Shown here: in pieces, positions 47,397 to 56,430 of the stretch
How the letters are laid out: the number at the start of each line of letters is the position of its first letter
How positions within the stretch are numbered: position 1 is the stretch's first letter
DNA from: a virus
Lineage: Duplodnaviria; Heunggongvirae; Uroviricota; Caudoviricetes
DNA: 64,000 nucleotides
Strand: one strand, 5' to 3'
IMG/VR virus record: IMGVR_UViG_3300047476_000806
The notes under the pieces: generated by a model
What the model was told of the DNA's origin: nothing
Databases searched by the model: none
The model's input: only the letters and a program-made list of their open reading frames with translations
Position numbers and translations under genes: made by a program

Positions 47397-48485
47397 TCAT
47401 AAAATTCTCAACAGTATCGTATCAGTATTAATACGACCGGTCAATGTTGCTTCTTTAGTTGTTAAATCGGTAAGTACGTTTCTAAGATAAACTTTGCCTT
47501 CTTTGATGACTTTTGGAACAACTTCATCAGGCTTTCTTAGAGTCTTAGTAATAGATTTTGCTTCTGAAAAGTTTAGTATCGTACTTCCTTTTACTGATAA
47601 TCCACTTGCATCTTCGGCAACATATACACCTAACTTTTTAGTTTTAGTGTTATATACCCATAACTGCTGAGAACCAATAATTTTCTTAGGGTCTTCAGAC
47701 TTCAATCCTGCAGGAGGATATTCTTTTTGATAAAACATTTTAGCCACTAATTGCTCAGGTGACTTTTGTTTTCTCTTTCTTGGCTTCCTAGACTTAGTAG
47801 CAGTCTCTAAGAATTTCATAATATCAACAATAATGTTGTCGCAAAATGAGACTACTTTCTTTAATTGTGATTTAGTATAACATGACCAAGCTTCAATCAA
47901 TTGTTCATCTTCAGTGTTTAATGCTTCATCAAACTGTGCTCTACGTTTCTTGAATGTTTCTAGCAATCTATTTGCATGAATACCTTTGACCTTATCTTGC
48001 ATAATTGCATAAGGTGAAGGTGTTATCTTGAAGTCGCTGGAGATATATGTATCAATTGCACCTTCTAGTTCACCTGCAATTTCTGATACTTTTTCATTAA
48101 TTCTATCTTGAATAGACACCACATTAGTAGGCTCATCAATTTGAATTTGTTTTCTTTCAGGTACATAAGACTTTAGAACATTAAGTCTCTCATCAAACCA
48201 TACTTGATTCTTTGCGTTTAGAATTAAACCTCTGTCTAACATTCGACATATGAAACCAAACGTGGTTGATTGATTGTTGATTGCTTCGGCTGAAGCTTTA
48301 ATATGATGCTTCTTAGCATAGTCGACGATTGCTTTATAAGCAAACTTACTATCTCTATTCTGAGTATACCATGTTAATGCTTGTGCTAATTCAATTTTTG
48401 AAACTTCAGTTAATTGTGTGAATCTAGGTTCACCGCCATTCGACTTTATCTCGAGTTCTTCAAGCGTCTGACGTTTTGTTGCCAT
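47397..48485 (-). CDS. hypothetical protein (362 aa)
   Basis: ORF. No motif. Confidence 0.4.
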   Translation of the reverse strand: MATKRQTLEELEIKSNGGEPRFTQLTEVSKIELAQALTWYTQNRDSKFAYKAIVDYAKKHHIKASAEAINNQSTTFGFICRMLDRGLILNAKNQVWFDERLNVLKSYVPERKQIQIDEPTNVVSIQDRINEKVSEIAGELEGAIDTYISSDFKITPSPYAIMQDKVKGIHANRLLETFKKRRAQFDEALNTEDEQLIEAWSCYTKSQLKKVVSFCDNIIVDIMKFLETATKSRKPRKRKQKSPEQLVAKMFYQKEYPPAGLKSEDPKKIIGSQQLWVYNTKTKKLGVYVAEDASGLSVKGSTILNFSEAKSITKTLRKPDEVVPKVIKEGKVYLRNVLTDLTTKEATLTGRINTDTILLRIL

Positions 48486-48759
48486 TTAATAATTCCTCAA
48501 AAGAGTATCTTGCATAATTTAGTAGCATGATACCGTTATCTGTTTCACCGTGTAATTTACTTATATGGACAGCTTCTGCCATTGCAGGCTCTTCATGCTT
48601 GAATATAAAACAATCTCCAAACATTTGCAAGAGTATTTCTCTATTCATCTCGAAGTTATTTGTTAAATCATCATATCGACCAAACAAGTTGGTATATTGA
48701 TTTGAGTAAGCAACTCGAAGTCCATCTTTAGTTATTAGTATATATATTCCTGTTTCCAT
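48460..48759 (-). CDS. hypothetical protein (99 aa)
   Basis: ORF. Contains a GIY tripeptide but no convincing GIY-YIG motif. Confidence 0.3.
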   Translation of the reverse strand: METGIYILITKDGLRVAYSNQYTNLFGRYDDLTNNFEMNREILLQMFGDCFIFKHEEPAMAEAVHISKLHGETDNGIMLLNYARYSFEELLNGNKTSDA

Positions 48760-48799
48760 TTGATTTTTCTTAATTTATTCGTATTCGAGAAAATATTAA

Positions 48800-48807
48800 C
48801 ATAAATA
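48800..48807 (+). promoter_or_regulatory. late-promoter-like motif CATAAATA upstream of the plus-strand island
   Basis: acATAAATAag. One mismatch to TATAAATA. About 35 nt before the 48842 ATG. Confidence 0.3.
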
Positions 48808-48841
48808 AGTATATTAGTCAACTATAGATTGAGATATTAAT

Positions 48842-49120
48842 ATGGAACAATTCTTTAAATTAGTCGCAGACGTTGGATTTCCTATAGCGGCCGCATGTGG
48901 TGCTGGATACTTTGTATTCTTAACACTTAAGTTTATTCTTGAAGGTGTTACAGGTGGTGTTAAAAGTATGGCAGGAATTATTATTGCACTTGATAAACGA
49001 GTAGCAACTATGAACCACGACGTACTACGTATCGATACTAAAGTAAGTCATGCATTAGGTATTCCACCTGATTTAGATAGAATATCACGAGCAGAACAAT
49101 CTGACGCTAGACGAGACTAA
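48842..49120 (+). CDS. membrane-anchored small protein, paralog 1 (N-terminal TM)
   Basis: VGFPIAAACGAGYFVFLTL. Paralogous to the next ORF (GFPIVAAGGLGYFVYYV). Confidence 0.45.
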   Translation: MEQFFKLVADVGFPIAAACGAGYFVFLTLKFILEGVTGGVKSMAGIIIALDKRVATMNHDVLRIDTKVSHALGIPPDLDRISRAEQSDARRD

Positions 49121-49121
49121 T

Positions 49122-49379
49122 ATGGATATAGTAGAATTAATTAATAAATACGGGTTCCCAATTGTTGCCGCTGGTGGTCTAGGTTACTTTGTTTACTACG
49201 TTTGGAAATGGGTAACTGAAGAAATTGAACCAGTTATTGGAGATTCTAAAAAAGTTTTGGTTGATTTGATTGACCGTATCAGAATGCTTGATAATGATTT
49301 AATCAGATTAACACAGAAAGTTAATACATTCTTAGCCATTGAAGATGCTAAGAAAAGGGATAGGAATAATAAGCAATAG
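49122..49379 (+). CDS. membrane-anchored small protein, paralog 2
   Basis: Tandem paralog with an N-terminal TM helix and a C-terminal helical region. Confidence 0.45.
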   Translation: MDIVELINKYGFPIVAAGGLGYFVYYVWKWVTEEIEPVIGDSKKVLVDLIDRIRMLDNDLIRLTQKVNTFLAIEDAKKRDRNNKQ

Positions 49380-49511
49380 AATCTTATCAAGGGGTAACAC
49401 CGAGATTCTACAAGTTGTCAAGTAGTTTGTCAAGAGAAATTTAAAAATATTGTAAATAATTAGTAACATCATGGTTTAGTTGATTGATTTGAATTACGGA
49501 ACTGAGCCAAA

Positions 49512-49952
49512 ATGAAAATATTAATATTTGCTATATGTCTATTACTATGTGGTAGTGCATATGCTACCGAATTAGTGCACGAGTTTTTTTCACCAGCCTT
49601 TTCAGGTAATGGTTATTCAACTCATATATTAACCATTGAGCAAATTGAGTCTCAGCGTAAACAAAAAATTAAAGATGAACAGAAAGCGGCTGAGACTAAA
49701 GCTGAATTAGCCGCTAAACAAACAAATCTTGCTAAGTTTTTAGTGAATGTTGAGTCTAGAATATATGCTCAATTATCTAAGCAACTTGCAGATGAAATGT
49801 TTGCCGAAGGTGGTGCTGATTCCGGTGAAATGAATTTTCAAGGAACTAACATATCATGGTACAAAACAGGAAGTGATGTAACCTTAACTATTCTTGAAGA
49901 TAACGGTAATAGAACCGAAGTTACTGTGCCGATAGCAGGATTCTCATTTTAA
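49512..49952 (+). CDS. csgF: CsgF-like curli assembly component with signal peptide
   Basis: Signal peptide MKILIFAICLLLCGSAYA. N-terminal EFFSPAFSGNGYS compares to E. coli CsgF FQFRNPNFGGNPN. The C-terminal TLTILEDNGNRTEVTVPIAGFSF compares to [21 protein letters not shown]...F. Confidence 0.55.
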   Translation: MKILIFAICLLLCGSAYATELVHEFFSPAFSGNGYSTHILTIEQIESQRKQKIKDEQKAAETKAELAAKQTNLAKFLVNVESRIYAQLSKQLADEMFAEGGADSGEMNFQGTNISWYKTGSDVTLTILEDNGNRTEVTVPIAGFSF

Positions 49953-50731
49953 TGATTCGTTTATTGATACTAATATTCGTTTTGTCAGGATGTGCTAACG
50001 TTCATATGAATGCGGCAAAAGAAGAACCTGTCAAGATAGAAGCTAGAAAAAAGATTGTTGATGCTTTACCTGAATTGGATGGACCACCGATTCCTATCGC
50101 AGTGTATTCGTTCGCAGATAAGACAGGTCAAAAGAAGTCATCAGATAATCTGGCATTGTTTAGTACCGCAGTAACGCAAGGTGCAGAAGTGTTTCTAATC
50201 AAAGCGTTACAAGATAGTAAGAATTGGTTTAAAGTAGTAGAAAGGGTGGGACTTGATAATCTTATTAAAGAAAGACAGTTGATAAGAAATCAAAGAGAAG
50301 TATATGAAGGTAAAGAAGCAAAGCCATTAAAACCAATGATGGTTGCTGGTGTAATGATAGAAGGAGGTATCATTGGATATGATACTAACATCAGGTCAGG
50401 TGGTAATGGTGCTAGATTATTAGGTATTGGTGTTTCACAGCAATATAGAGTAGATGAAATTGTAATCTCTATTAGATTGGTGAATGTCAATTCGGGTGAA
50501 GTAATGTTAACTAACGCAGTATCCAAAACGATTTACAGTACTCAACATAACTTAGGTATCATGAAGTTTGTTGATTCAGGTACTAAGTCGATTGAGTTTG
50601 AAAATGGAGTTGCACTTAATGAACCTACTACATTCGCAGTAAGAGTTGCGATTGAACAAGCGGTTTATGAATTGATAATAGATGGAGAAAAGAAAGGTTA
50701 TTGGAAATTTAAAAAGGAAAAACAGCAATGA
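49952..50731 (+). CDS. csgG: CsgG-like curli secretion channel lipoprotein
   Basis: Lipobox LSGC. LFSTAVTQGAEVFLIKALQDSKNWF, EGGIIGYDTNIRSGGNGARLLGIG and RLVNVNSGEV match E. coli CsgG (NFSTAVPQSATAMLVTALKDSRWF, EGSIIGYESNVKSGGVGARYFGIG, RVVNVSTGEI). Confidence 0.75.
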   Translation: MIRLLILIFVLSGCANVHMNAAKEEPVKIEARKKIVDALPELDGPPIPIAVYSFADKTGQKKSSDNLALFSTAVTQGAEVFLIKALQDSKNWFKVVERVGLDNLIKERQLIRNQREVYEGKEAKPLKPMMVAGVMIEGGIIGYDTNIRSGGNGARLLGIGVSQQYRVDEIVISIRLVNVNSGEVMLTNAVSKTIYSTQHNLGIMKFVDSGTKSIEFENGVALNEPTTFAVRVAIEQAVYELIIDGEKKGYWKFKKEKQQ

Positions 50732-51315
50732 AAAAAATAGCATTAATCTTTATGATGATAATGCTTAGTAATGTATATGCCGCAGAAATTTATATTGAAC
50801 AGTCAGGAAGTAGTTCTACTGTCAATATAAATCAAGAAGGTATAGGTAATATTGTAGGTGATTCACTGAATCCGCTTTATATTGGCGGTGGTTCGAATAA
50901 CGTTGATATCGACCAAATCGGTGATAATAACAACCTTCAAGGTGTTGTAAATGGTGCAGGAACAGCAACCACAGTAACAACTAATGGTTCAGGTAATATT
51001 CAAATTATTAATTGTGGTACAACAACATCAGCAGGATGTTCATCATCAGTAATCAAACAAGTAGTTACTGGAAGTGATAACACTATAACTCAAGATTTAG
51101 GTACTGGTGCTAATCATAACAGTGAGATTACGATTACTGGAAGTGATAACGCAGTGACTCATACTAGCACAAATGCTGGTGCAAGTACTGTAGATATTTC
51201 AGTGAGTGGTAATCAAAATACTGTGGGAGTAACACAAAGTGGACTTACAGCGAAAACTGTATCAGTTAGTTCTACTGGTAATAGCAATAATATTACTATC
51301 AACCAGTCAGAATAG
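50728..51315 (+). CDS. secreted curlin-repeat (CsgA/CsgB-like) protein
   Basis: Signal peptide MKKIALIFMMIMLSNVYA. Repeated S/T/N/Q/G-rich units are of the form (S/G)xNxxx(I/V)xQxGxxN, for example DIDQIGDNNNLQG, ITQDLGTGANHNSEI and VGVTQSGLTAKT. AAGGAAAAAC RBS. Confidence 0.5.
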   Translation: MKKIALIFMMIMLSNVYAAEIYIEQSGSSSTVNINQEGIGNIVGDSLNPLYIGGGSNNVDIDQIGDNNNLQGVVNGAGTATTVTTNGSGNIQIINCGTTTSAGCSSSVIKQVVTGSDNTITQDLGTGANHNSEITITGSDNAVTHTSTNAGASTVDISVSGNQNTVGVTQSGLTAKTVSVSSTGNSNNITINQSE

Positions 51316-52336
51316 TTATTCAGCAATCGGTAAAGTTTCAGAACAAACAGGTCCTACCGAGATTGTCCGACAAAGCAAATCAATAGAGAGTAAATTAAAC
51401 TCTTCTATTGAGATGCTTGACACTGTGGTAACCGCAAAGTCTAAAGTGTTACTAACGTTCGAAGATGATACAACAGTTAAGATTACTGAACAATCTAAAT
51501 TAATTATCGATGATTTTGTTTATGATAATAAAAAAGGTGCTGGTAAATTAGCATTAAAAGTTGCTTTGGGTACGGCAAGATATGCTTCAGGACAGATAGC
51601 TAAGAGTAACCCACAATCAGTTAACATACAGACACCAACAGCAACAATTGCAGTTCGTGGTACTGATTTTAGTATGACTGTAGATGAATTAGGTAGAAGT
51701 TTGGTGATGCTTTTACCTTCTTGTGATAAGAAAGCGTGTGTAACAGGTGCTATTGAAGTGAGTACCGATGCAGGTTCTGTTTTTATGAATCAAGCATATC
51801 AAACAACTGTAGTTGCTACACGAGACCAAGCACCAACTAAGCCTGTGATTGTTAATATAGACCAGGCAAATATTAATAACTTGTTGATTGTTGCACCTCC
51901 AAAACAAGTAGAAGAACAAAAGATACAGCAAGATAATAAAACTGTATTAGATTATAACTTTTTAGATAGAGATTTATTAGAGTATAACAAACTAGATGAA
52001 GATGAATTAAAAAGGTTTAGTTTACTTGATATGAATTTTTTATCTTTTGATTTGTTACCAAATATTTTGGATGAATCGAATAGGTCATTAGCGGCAAGTC
52101 AAGAAGCAATGCTAGAAGAAAAAACTTTGCTTCCTGGATATAATGAAGCATCAGGATTGAAATATGGTATAGATGAAAATGGTAAGTTGATTTTAACAAA
52201 GATTGCTAATCATACTGCACAAGTGACAGTTGATAAAGAGCATGATGTGATTGTTAGTATTACGCAGGATAGTTCACCACTGATACAAAAAGTGAATGGT
52301 GGTGGAACAACAACAATTAACATTAATCAGAAATAG
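51239..52336 (+). CDS. FecR-domain periplasmic protein
   Basis: TPTATIAVRGTDFSM is the FecR signature. The N-terminal 25 codons (KLYQLVLLVIAIILLSTSQNSYSA) form a Sec signal peptide encoded in an alternative frame over the last 77 nt of the curlin-like gene. Confidence 0.45.
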   Translation: MDLQRKLYQLVLLVIAIILLSTSQNSYSAIGKVSEQTGPTEIVRQSKSIESKLNSSIEMLDTVVTAKSKVLLTFEDDTTVKITEQSKLIIDDFVYDNKKGAGKLALKVALGTARYASGQIAKSNPQSVNIQTPTATIAVRGTDFSMTVDELGRSLVMLLPSCDKKACVTGAIEVSTDAGSVFMNQAYQTTVVATRDQAPTKPVIVNIDQANINNLLIVAPPKQVEEQKIQQDNKTVLDYNFLDRDLLEYNKLDEDELKRFSLLDMNFLSFDLLPNILDESNRSLAASQEAMLEEKTLLPGYNEASGLKYGIDENGKLILTKIANHTAQVTVDKEHDVIVSITQDSSPLIQKVNGGGTTTININQK

Positions 52337-52344
52337 GAGTAAAA

Positions 52345-54339
52345 ATGCTAAAGCAATCTTTATTAACAGTGGCATTAATCGGTGTGTTTGGTACAGTTCA
52401 ATCAGCACCTTTAGTATTAGAAGGCGATTACATCAAAATTGGTGTAAACGAAGTAGGTACATTAGGTTCTAATGGTAATACATCACCTGGTGTTCTATAT
52501 GATAACACCGGCACAGGAACATTCAACACAGCATATGACTACTTAACTCCTGGTTCACCATTCGAAGGATGGACTGTTCAATATAATGGAACAGAATCAG
52601 TGATGAATAACAATGCTCAATGGTCATCACCACAAATGACAGGTACACTAACAAGTTACAATGGTGTTGCTTACAATGGTACAACATTCGACAATCGAGC
52701 AGTTTGGGAAGGTACTTCAGTAAACTTTGATTTGTTACATGATGTTCGCTTCAATGATAATCAAAAGTTTGTGGATATTACATCAATATTGACAGCTAAA
52801 GTTGCAATGACTGATTTATACTTCGCAAGATATACAGACCCTGACGCACGTGCGGCCGCTGGTGACAGTTCTGCTACAACAAACACATTAGGATTCTCAC
52901 CTATTCCAGTAACTCAAGTTGTATTTTCTGAAGCTTTAGTATCTAGATATGCACTTGGTTTATACTCAGCGGCACCTAACGTAGGCGCAGGTGTTAGTTC
53001 AGGTTGGTCAACAGACGCAACAACATATTACACCGGTGCAAATGATGGTAATGGTGACTATACGATAGGTTTAGGCTTCCACGTACCAACAGTAGCAATT
53101 GGTGACATCGTTACCTTTAATTATGCATACATCTTTGGACCTAGCACATTATCTGCTGGTTCTACTGCTGTTACTTCAGGTGCTGGTGGTGGCGTTCCTG
53201 GTGAAGTTCCTGGTTGTGTGTCTGATTGTACATTACCACCTGACCCTAGTTCAACTCCTACATTAGTATCAACAGACGTTGAGTTATCTAGTGTATCTGT
53301 AGTTCATAGAGGTGATACTGATACTGCAATCGAATACGACTATGCAACATCAAAAGGTTCTAAAGTATTAGCTGTAAATCAAACTACAACTACAACTTTA
53401 ACAACTCCAGTAACAACTACAGTAGCTTCTACTTCAACTACAGTTGAAACATATAGTGATTCATCAGTAGTTCGTACAGTTGGTGCAACTACAACGACAT
53501 CAAGTACAGTTAATGACGTAACAGAATCAGAATATGATACTGCATTCTCAACAAGAATTGACCAATTTGATAGATTGTCAGCATCAAATGAAATGTACAA
53601 TAGACAGTTAAATAGTAATATCATGGATAGATTTGTAGCAGGTCAAACTGGTGCTTATTTAAACATCGATAGTCAAACTAGCAATACACAAGATACCTAT
53701 AAACAAAAAGCAAATCGTTTTGGTGTTGGAGTAGACAAGTCTATTACTGATAATTTGAATGTAGGTTTTCAATACAATAACATTTCATCAAGATTATCTG
53801 GAACTAATGCAGGTGGACGTTTAGATAAAAATCATGTTGGTGCATATGCTGTATACACTAAAAACAATTGGGTGTTTGTAAACGATATTGGTTTCTCATA
53901 TAACGATTACAAAACAAATCACAGTTTACCTGAATTGAATGCAACAAATAGTTCAAGTGCTAATGGATATGACTTATGGGTTAGCGGTAGAGCATATACT
54001 CCATCACTAAAAGGATTCAGACCATATGCTGGTATTAGAATTGAAAACAACAACTTAGATTCAGCTAAAGATAAAGGTACTGAATTGACTGCTGTTAGTT
54101 ATAGTAAAATTAATTCAACAAATACAACAGGTGAATATGGTATCAGATACGATTATCAATACAAAAAAGTTAACTTGTTAGCTGAAGTTGGTTCTAATTC
54201 TGATAATATCAAACTATACAAAGCAGGTATTAACTTTATTCCAAATGAAAAAGTTATTGGTGGTGTATCATTTACGCAACAAGAATATGATAATATCAAG
54301 AATGATGTGATTTCAGCTAATATAAAAGTTAATTTCTAA
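52345..54339 (+). CDS. autotransporter-like outer-membrane protein (signal peptide, passenger, Thr-rich linker, C-terminal beta-barrel)
   Basis: Signal peptide MLKQSLLTVALIGVFGTVQSAP. T-rich linker TTTTTLTTPVTTTVASTSTTVE. The C-terminal ~270 aa have alternating hydrophobics and end ...NIKVNF, with an OMP-type terminal Phe. AGGAG RBS. Confidence 0.5.
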   Translation: MLKQSLLTVALIGVFGTVQSAPLVLEGDYIKIGVNEVGTLGSNGNTSPGVLYDNTGTGTFNTAYDYLTPGSPFEGWTVQYNGTESVMNNNAQWSSPQMTGTLTSYNGVAYNGTTFDNRAVWEGTSVNFDLLHDVRFNDNQKFVDITSILTAKVAMTDLYFARYTDPDARAAAGDSSATTNTLGFSPIPVTQVVFSEALVSRYALGLYSAAPNVGAGVSSGWSTDATTYYTGANDGNGDYTIGLGFHVPTVAIGDIVTFNYAYIFGPSTLSAGSTAVTSGAGGGVPGEVPGCVSDCTLPPDPSSTPTLVSTDVELSSVSVVHRGDTDTAIEYDYATSKGSKVLAVNQTTTTTLTTPVTTTVASTSTTVETYSDSSVVRTVGATTTTSSTVNDVTESEYDTAFSTRIDQFDRLSASNEMYNRQLNSNIMDRFVAGQTGAYLNIDSQTSNTQDTYKQKANRFGVGVDKSITDNLNVGFQYNNISSRLSGTNAGGRLDKNHVGAYAVYTKNNWVFVNDIGFSYNDYKTNHSLPELNATNSSSANGYDLWVSGRAYTPSLKGFRPYAGIRIENNNLDSAKDKGTELTAVSYSKINSTNTTGEYGIRYDYQYKKVNLLAEVGSNSDNIKLYKAGINFIPNEKVIGGVSFTQQEYDNIKNDVISANIKVNF

Positions 54340-54363
54340 TTTTTAACGACTAAATAAGTAATC

Positions 54364-56382
54364 ATGAAAAAATTACTTAATCCATGGTTAGCGTTAATAA
54401 CGTTAACTTTATTAGTAGTAATCAGATTGGCAGACTTCAGTTTTATCGAGTCTGTCAGATTGCGATATTTTGACACATTAATTACAAGTGAATCTGTAAA
54501 GGTTTCTGAACAAATTCACGTTGTAAATATAGATGATAAGTCCATAGAAAAGTATGGACAATTTCCGTTTCCTAGAGGTGATTATGCGAGCATTATTGAT
54601 TCTTTGTATGACCGTGGCGCTGGGCTGGTTGTTTTTAACTTGTTTCTACCTGATAGTGATAGGTTTGGACAAGATGGTAGACTTACTTCTACCCTTAACA
54701 AACACCCTGTAGTATTCCCACAAGCTGGTTCTACTGATAAACAAAAAGCTATACCATTTAGACCTGGTGTTTCTGAGATTGGAACACCAGCTTCTAATTT
54801 TGCAGTATCTTATCCAAGTATTTTAACTAACATAAAACAAATTAATGAAAATGCCGCTGGCATTGGAGTAGTGAATGTATTACCTGAAATTGATGGTGTT
54901 GTCCGTCGTGTACCTATGGTCGTCTCAAGCAATGGCGTATTGTTTCCCTCAATCACACTTGAAACTTTGCGAGTTGCTTCCGGAGACCCAAGTTTCCAAG
55001 TCAAGTCAACAGATTACGGTATCGAGGCCGTCAGAATACCTAGCTTCAGAAAAGTTGAAACTGACTCTTTCGGACGAGTTTGGATTGACTGGTCCACTAA
55101 GCCTACCGAACACAGTCTTGTTGATTTACCCAAGTCCTTTGATGGGACAATCGTCATTGTTGGACTCAGTGCTAAAGGACTCAACAATCCTGTCGCAACA
55201 GCAAGAGGAGAGGTCTATCCGCATTATTTACAGGCAAGCGTTCTAGATACACTTGTATCAGGTAAAAATATTAGTAGACCTGACTGGTCAAATGGTGTAG
55301 AATTATTATTGACAGTTATTCTGTCTGTGATATCTATATTATTAACTAGGTGGAAATATGGCTTTATTGCTTTTCTTGCTATCATTGCTGGTGTTGTGGG
55401 TGCTTCTAAAGGTGCTTTTGTTTACTATTCGTATCTTCTTGATTGTATTTTTCCTGTGTTTTGCTTGGGTATTGTTTATTTACATGTGTATACAGTTAAG
55501 TTCGTAAGCGAATTAAATCAAAAACTTCAAATCAAAAAACAATTTGGCACATATCTGTCGCCAGCACTTGTTGAAAAACTTCAAAAGAATCCTGAATTAT
55601 TAAGACTTGGTGGTGAGTCTCGTGAACTATCTATTATGTTCACCGATGTTAGAGGCTTCACTACAATCTCAGAACACTATGGTAAAGATGTTCAAGGATT
55701 AACTCAAATTATGAATCGCTACATGACAGCGATGACCGCAAAGATTATTGAGAACAACGGAACACTGGATAAATACATTGGTGATGCTCAGATGGCTTTC
55801 TGGAATGCACCACTTGATGAGCCTAACCACGCTAAATTGGCATTGAAAACGGCTCTAGAAATGATGGAGAGTTTAGATGCGTTTAATAAAGAGATTCAAA
55901 AAGAGGGTATTCCGGCGTTTGGTATGGGACTCGGGATTAATACTGGCACTGTTGTCGTTGGTAATATGGGTTCTAGCCAACGCTTTGATTACACCTGCTT
56001 AGGTGATGCTGTTAACTTAGCGTCACGTTTAGAAGGACAATCGAAACCTTATGGTGTTAAAATCATATTAGGTTCGTTAACTGCTGAACAAGTTAAAGAT
56101 GAATATCCAGTTGTTGAGTTAGATTGTATTGCTGTTAAAGGTAAAACAGAAGGTGTTAAGATTTATACTCCTTGTGTTTATCAAGAAGAGCATTATAAGT
56201 TACACAAAAAATATCTAAAATCATACTATGATGGTATTTGGGATTCAGCAATTTTCTTTGCTAAAGATTTAGAGATTAATGGTCCTACAGAATTACGTCA
56301 ATATTATCATAACATGATAGAGAGAATGCTTGAAGGTAAACCTGAAGATTGGGATGGTACGTATAGAGCAACTAGCAAGTAA
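54364..56382 (+). CDS. CHASE2 sensor-domain class III adenylate/guanylate cyclase
   Basis: N-terminal TM plus the CHASE2 pattern (IHVVNIDDKSIEKYGQFPFPRGDYASIIDSL...GAGLVVFNLFLPD), then several TM helices, then the cyclase core (SIMFTDVRGFTTISE, GDAVNLASRLE). Confidence 0.75.
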   Translation: MKKLLNPWLALITLTLLVVIRLADFSFIESVRLRYFDTLITSESVKVSEQIHVVNIDDKSIEKYGQFPFPRGDYASIIDSLYDRGAGLVVFNLFLPDSDRFGQDGRLTSTLNKHPVVFPQAGSTDKQKAIPFRPGVSEIGTPASNFAVSYPSILTNIKQINENAAGIGVVNVLPEIDGVVRRVPMVVSSNGVLFPSITLETLRVASGDPSFQVKSTDYGIEAVRIPSFRKVETDSFGRVWIDWSTKPTEHSLVDLPKSFDGTIVIVGLSAKGLNNPVATARGEVYPHYLQASVLDTLVSGKNISRPDWSNGVELLLTVILSVISILLTRWKYGFIAFLAIIAGVVGASKGAFVYYSYLLDCIFPVFCLGIVYLHVYTVKFVSELNQKLQIKKQFGTYLSPALVEKLQKNPELLRLGGESRELSIMFTDVRGFTTISEHYGKDVQGLTQIMNRYMTAMTAKIIENNGTLDKYIGDAQMAFWNAPLDEPNHAKLALKTALEMMESLDAFNKEIQKEGIPAFGMGLGINTGTVVVGNMGSSQRFDYTCLGDAVNLASRLEGQSKPYGVKIILGSLTAEQVKDEYPVVELDCIAVKGKTEGVKIYTPCVYQEEHYKLHKKYLKSYYDGIWDSAIFFAKDLEINGPTELRQYYHNMIERMLEGKPEDWDGTYRATSK

Positions 56383-56430
56383 TTTGCATATCACGCAAAT
56401 TTAAATATGATTTTTTGCGTCAAGTGCAAA

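Noticed and set aside
48460-48759. Possible GIY-YIG homing endonuclease
   Set aside because: Only an isolated GIY tripeptide is present. There is no YIG, Arg or Glu in the expected spacing. The 99-aa length is too short.
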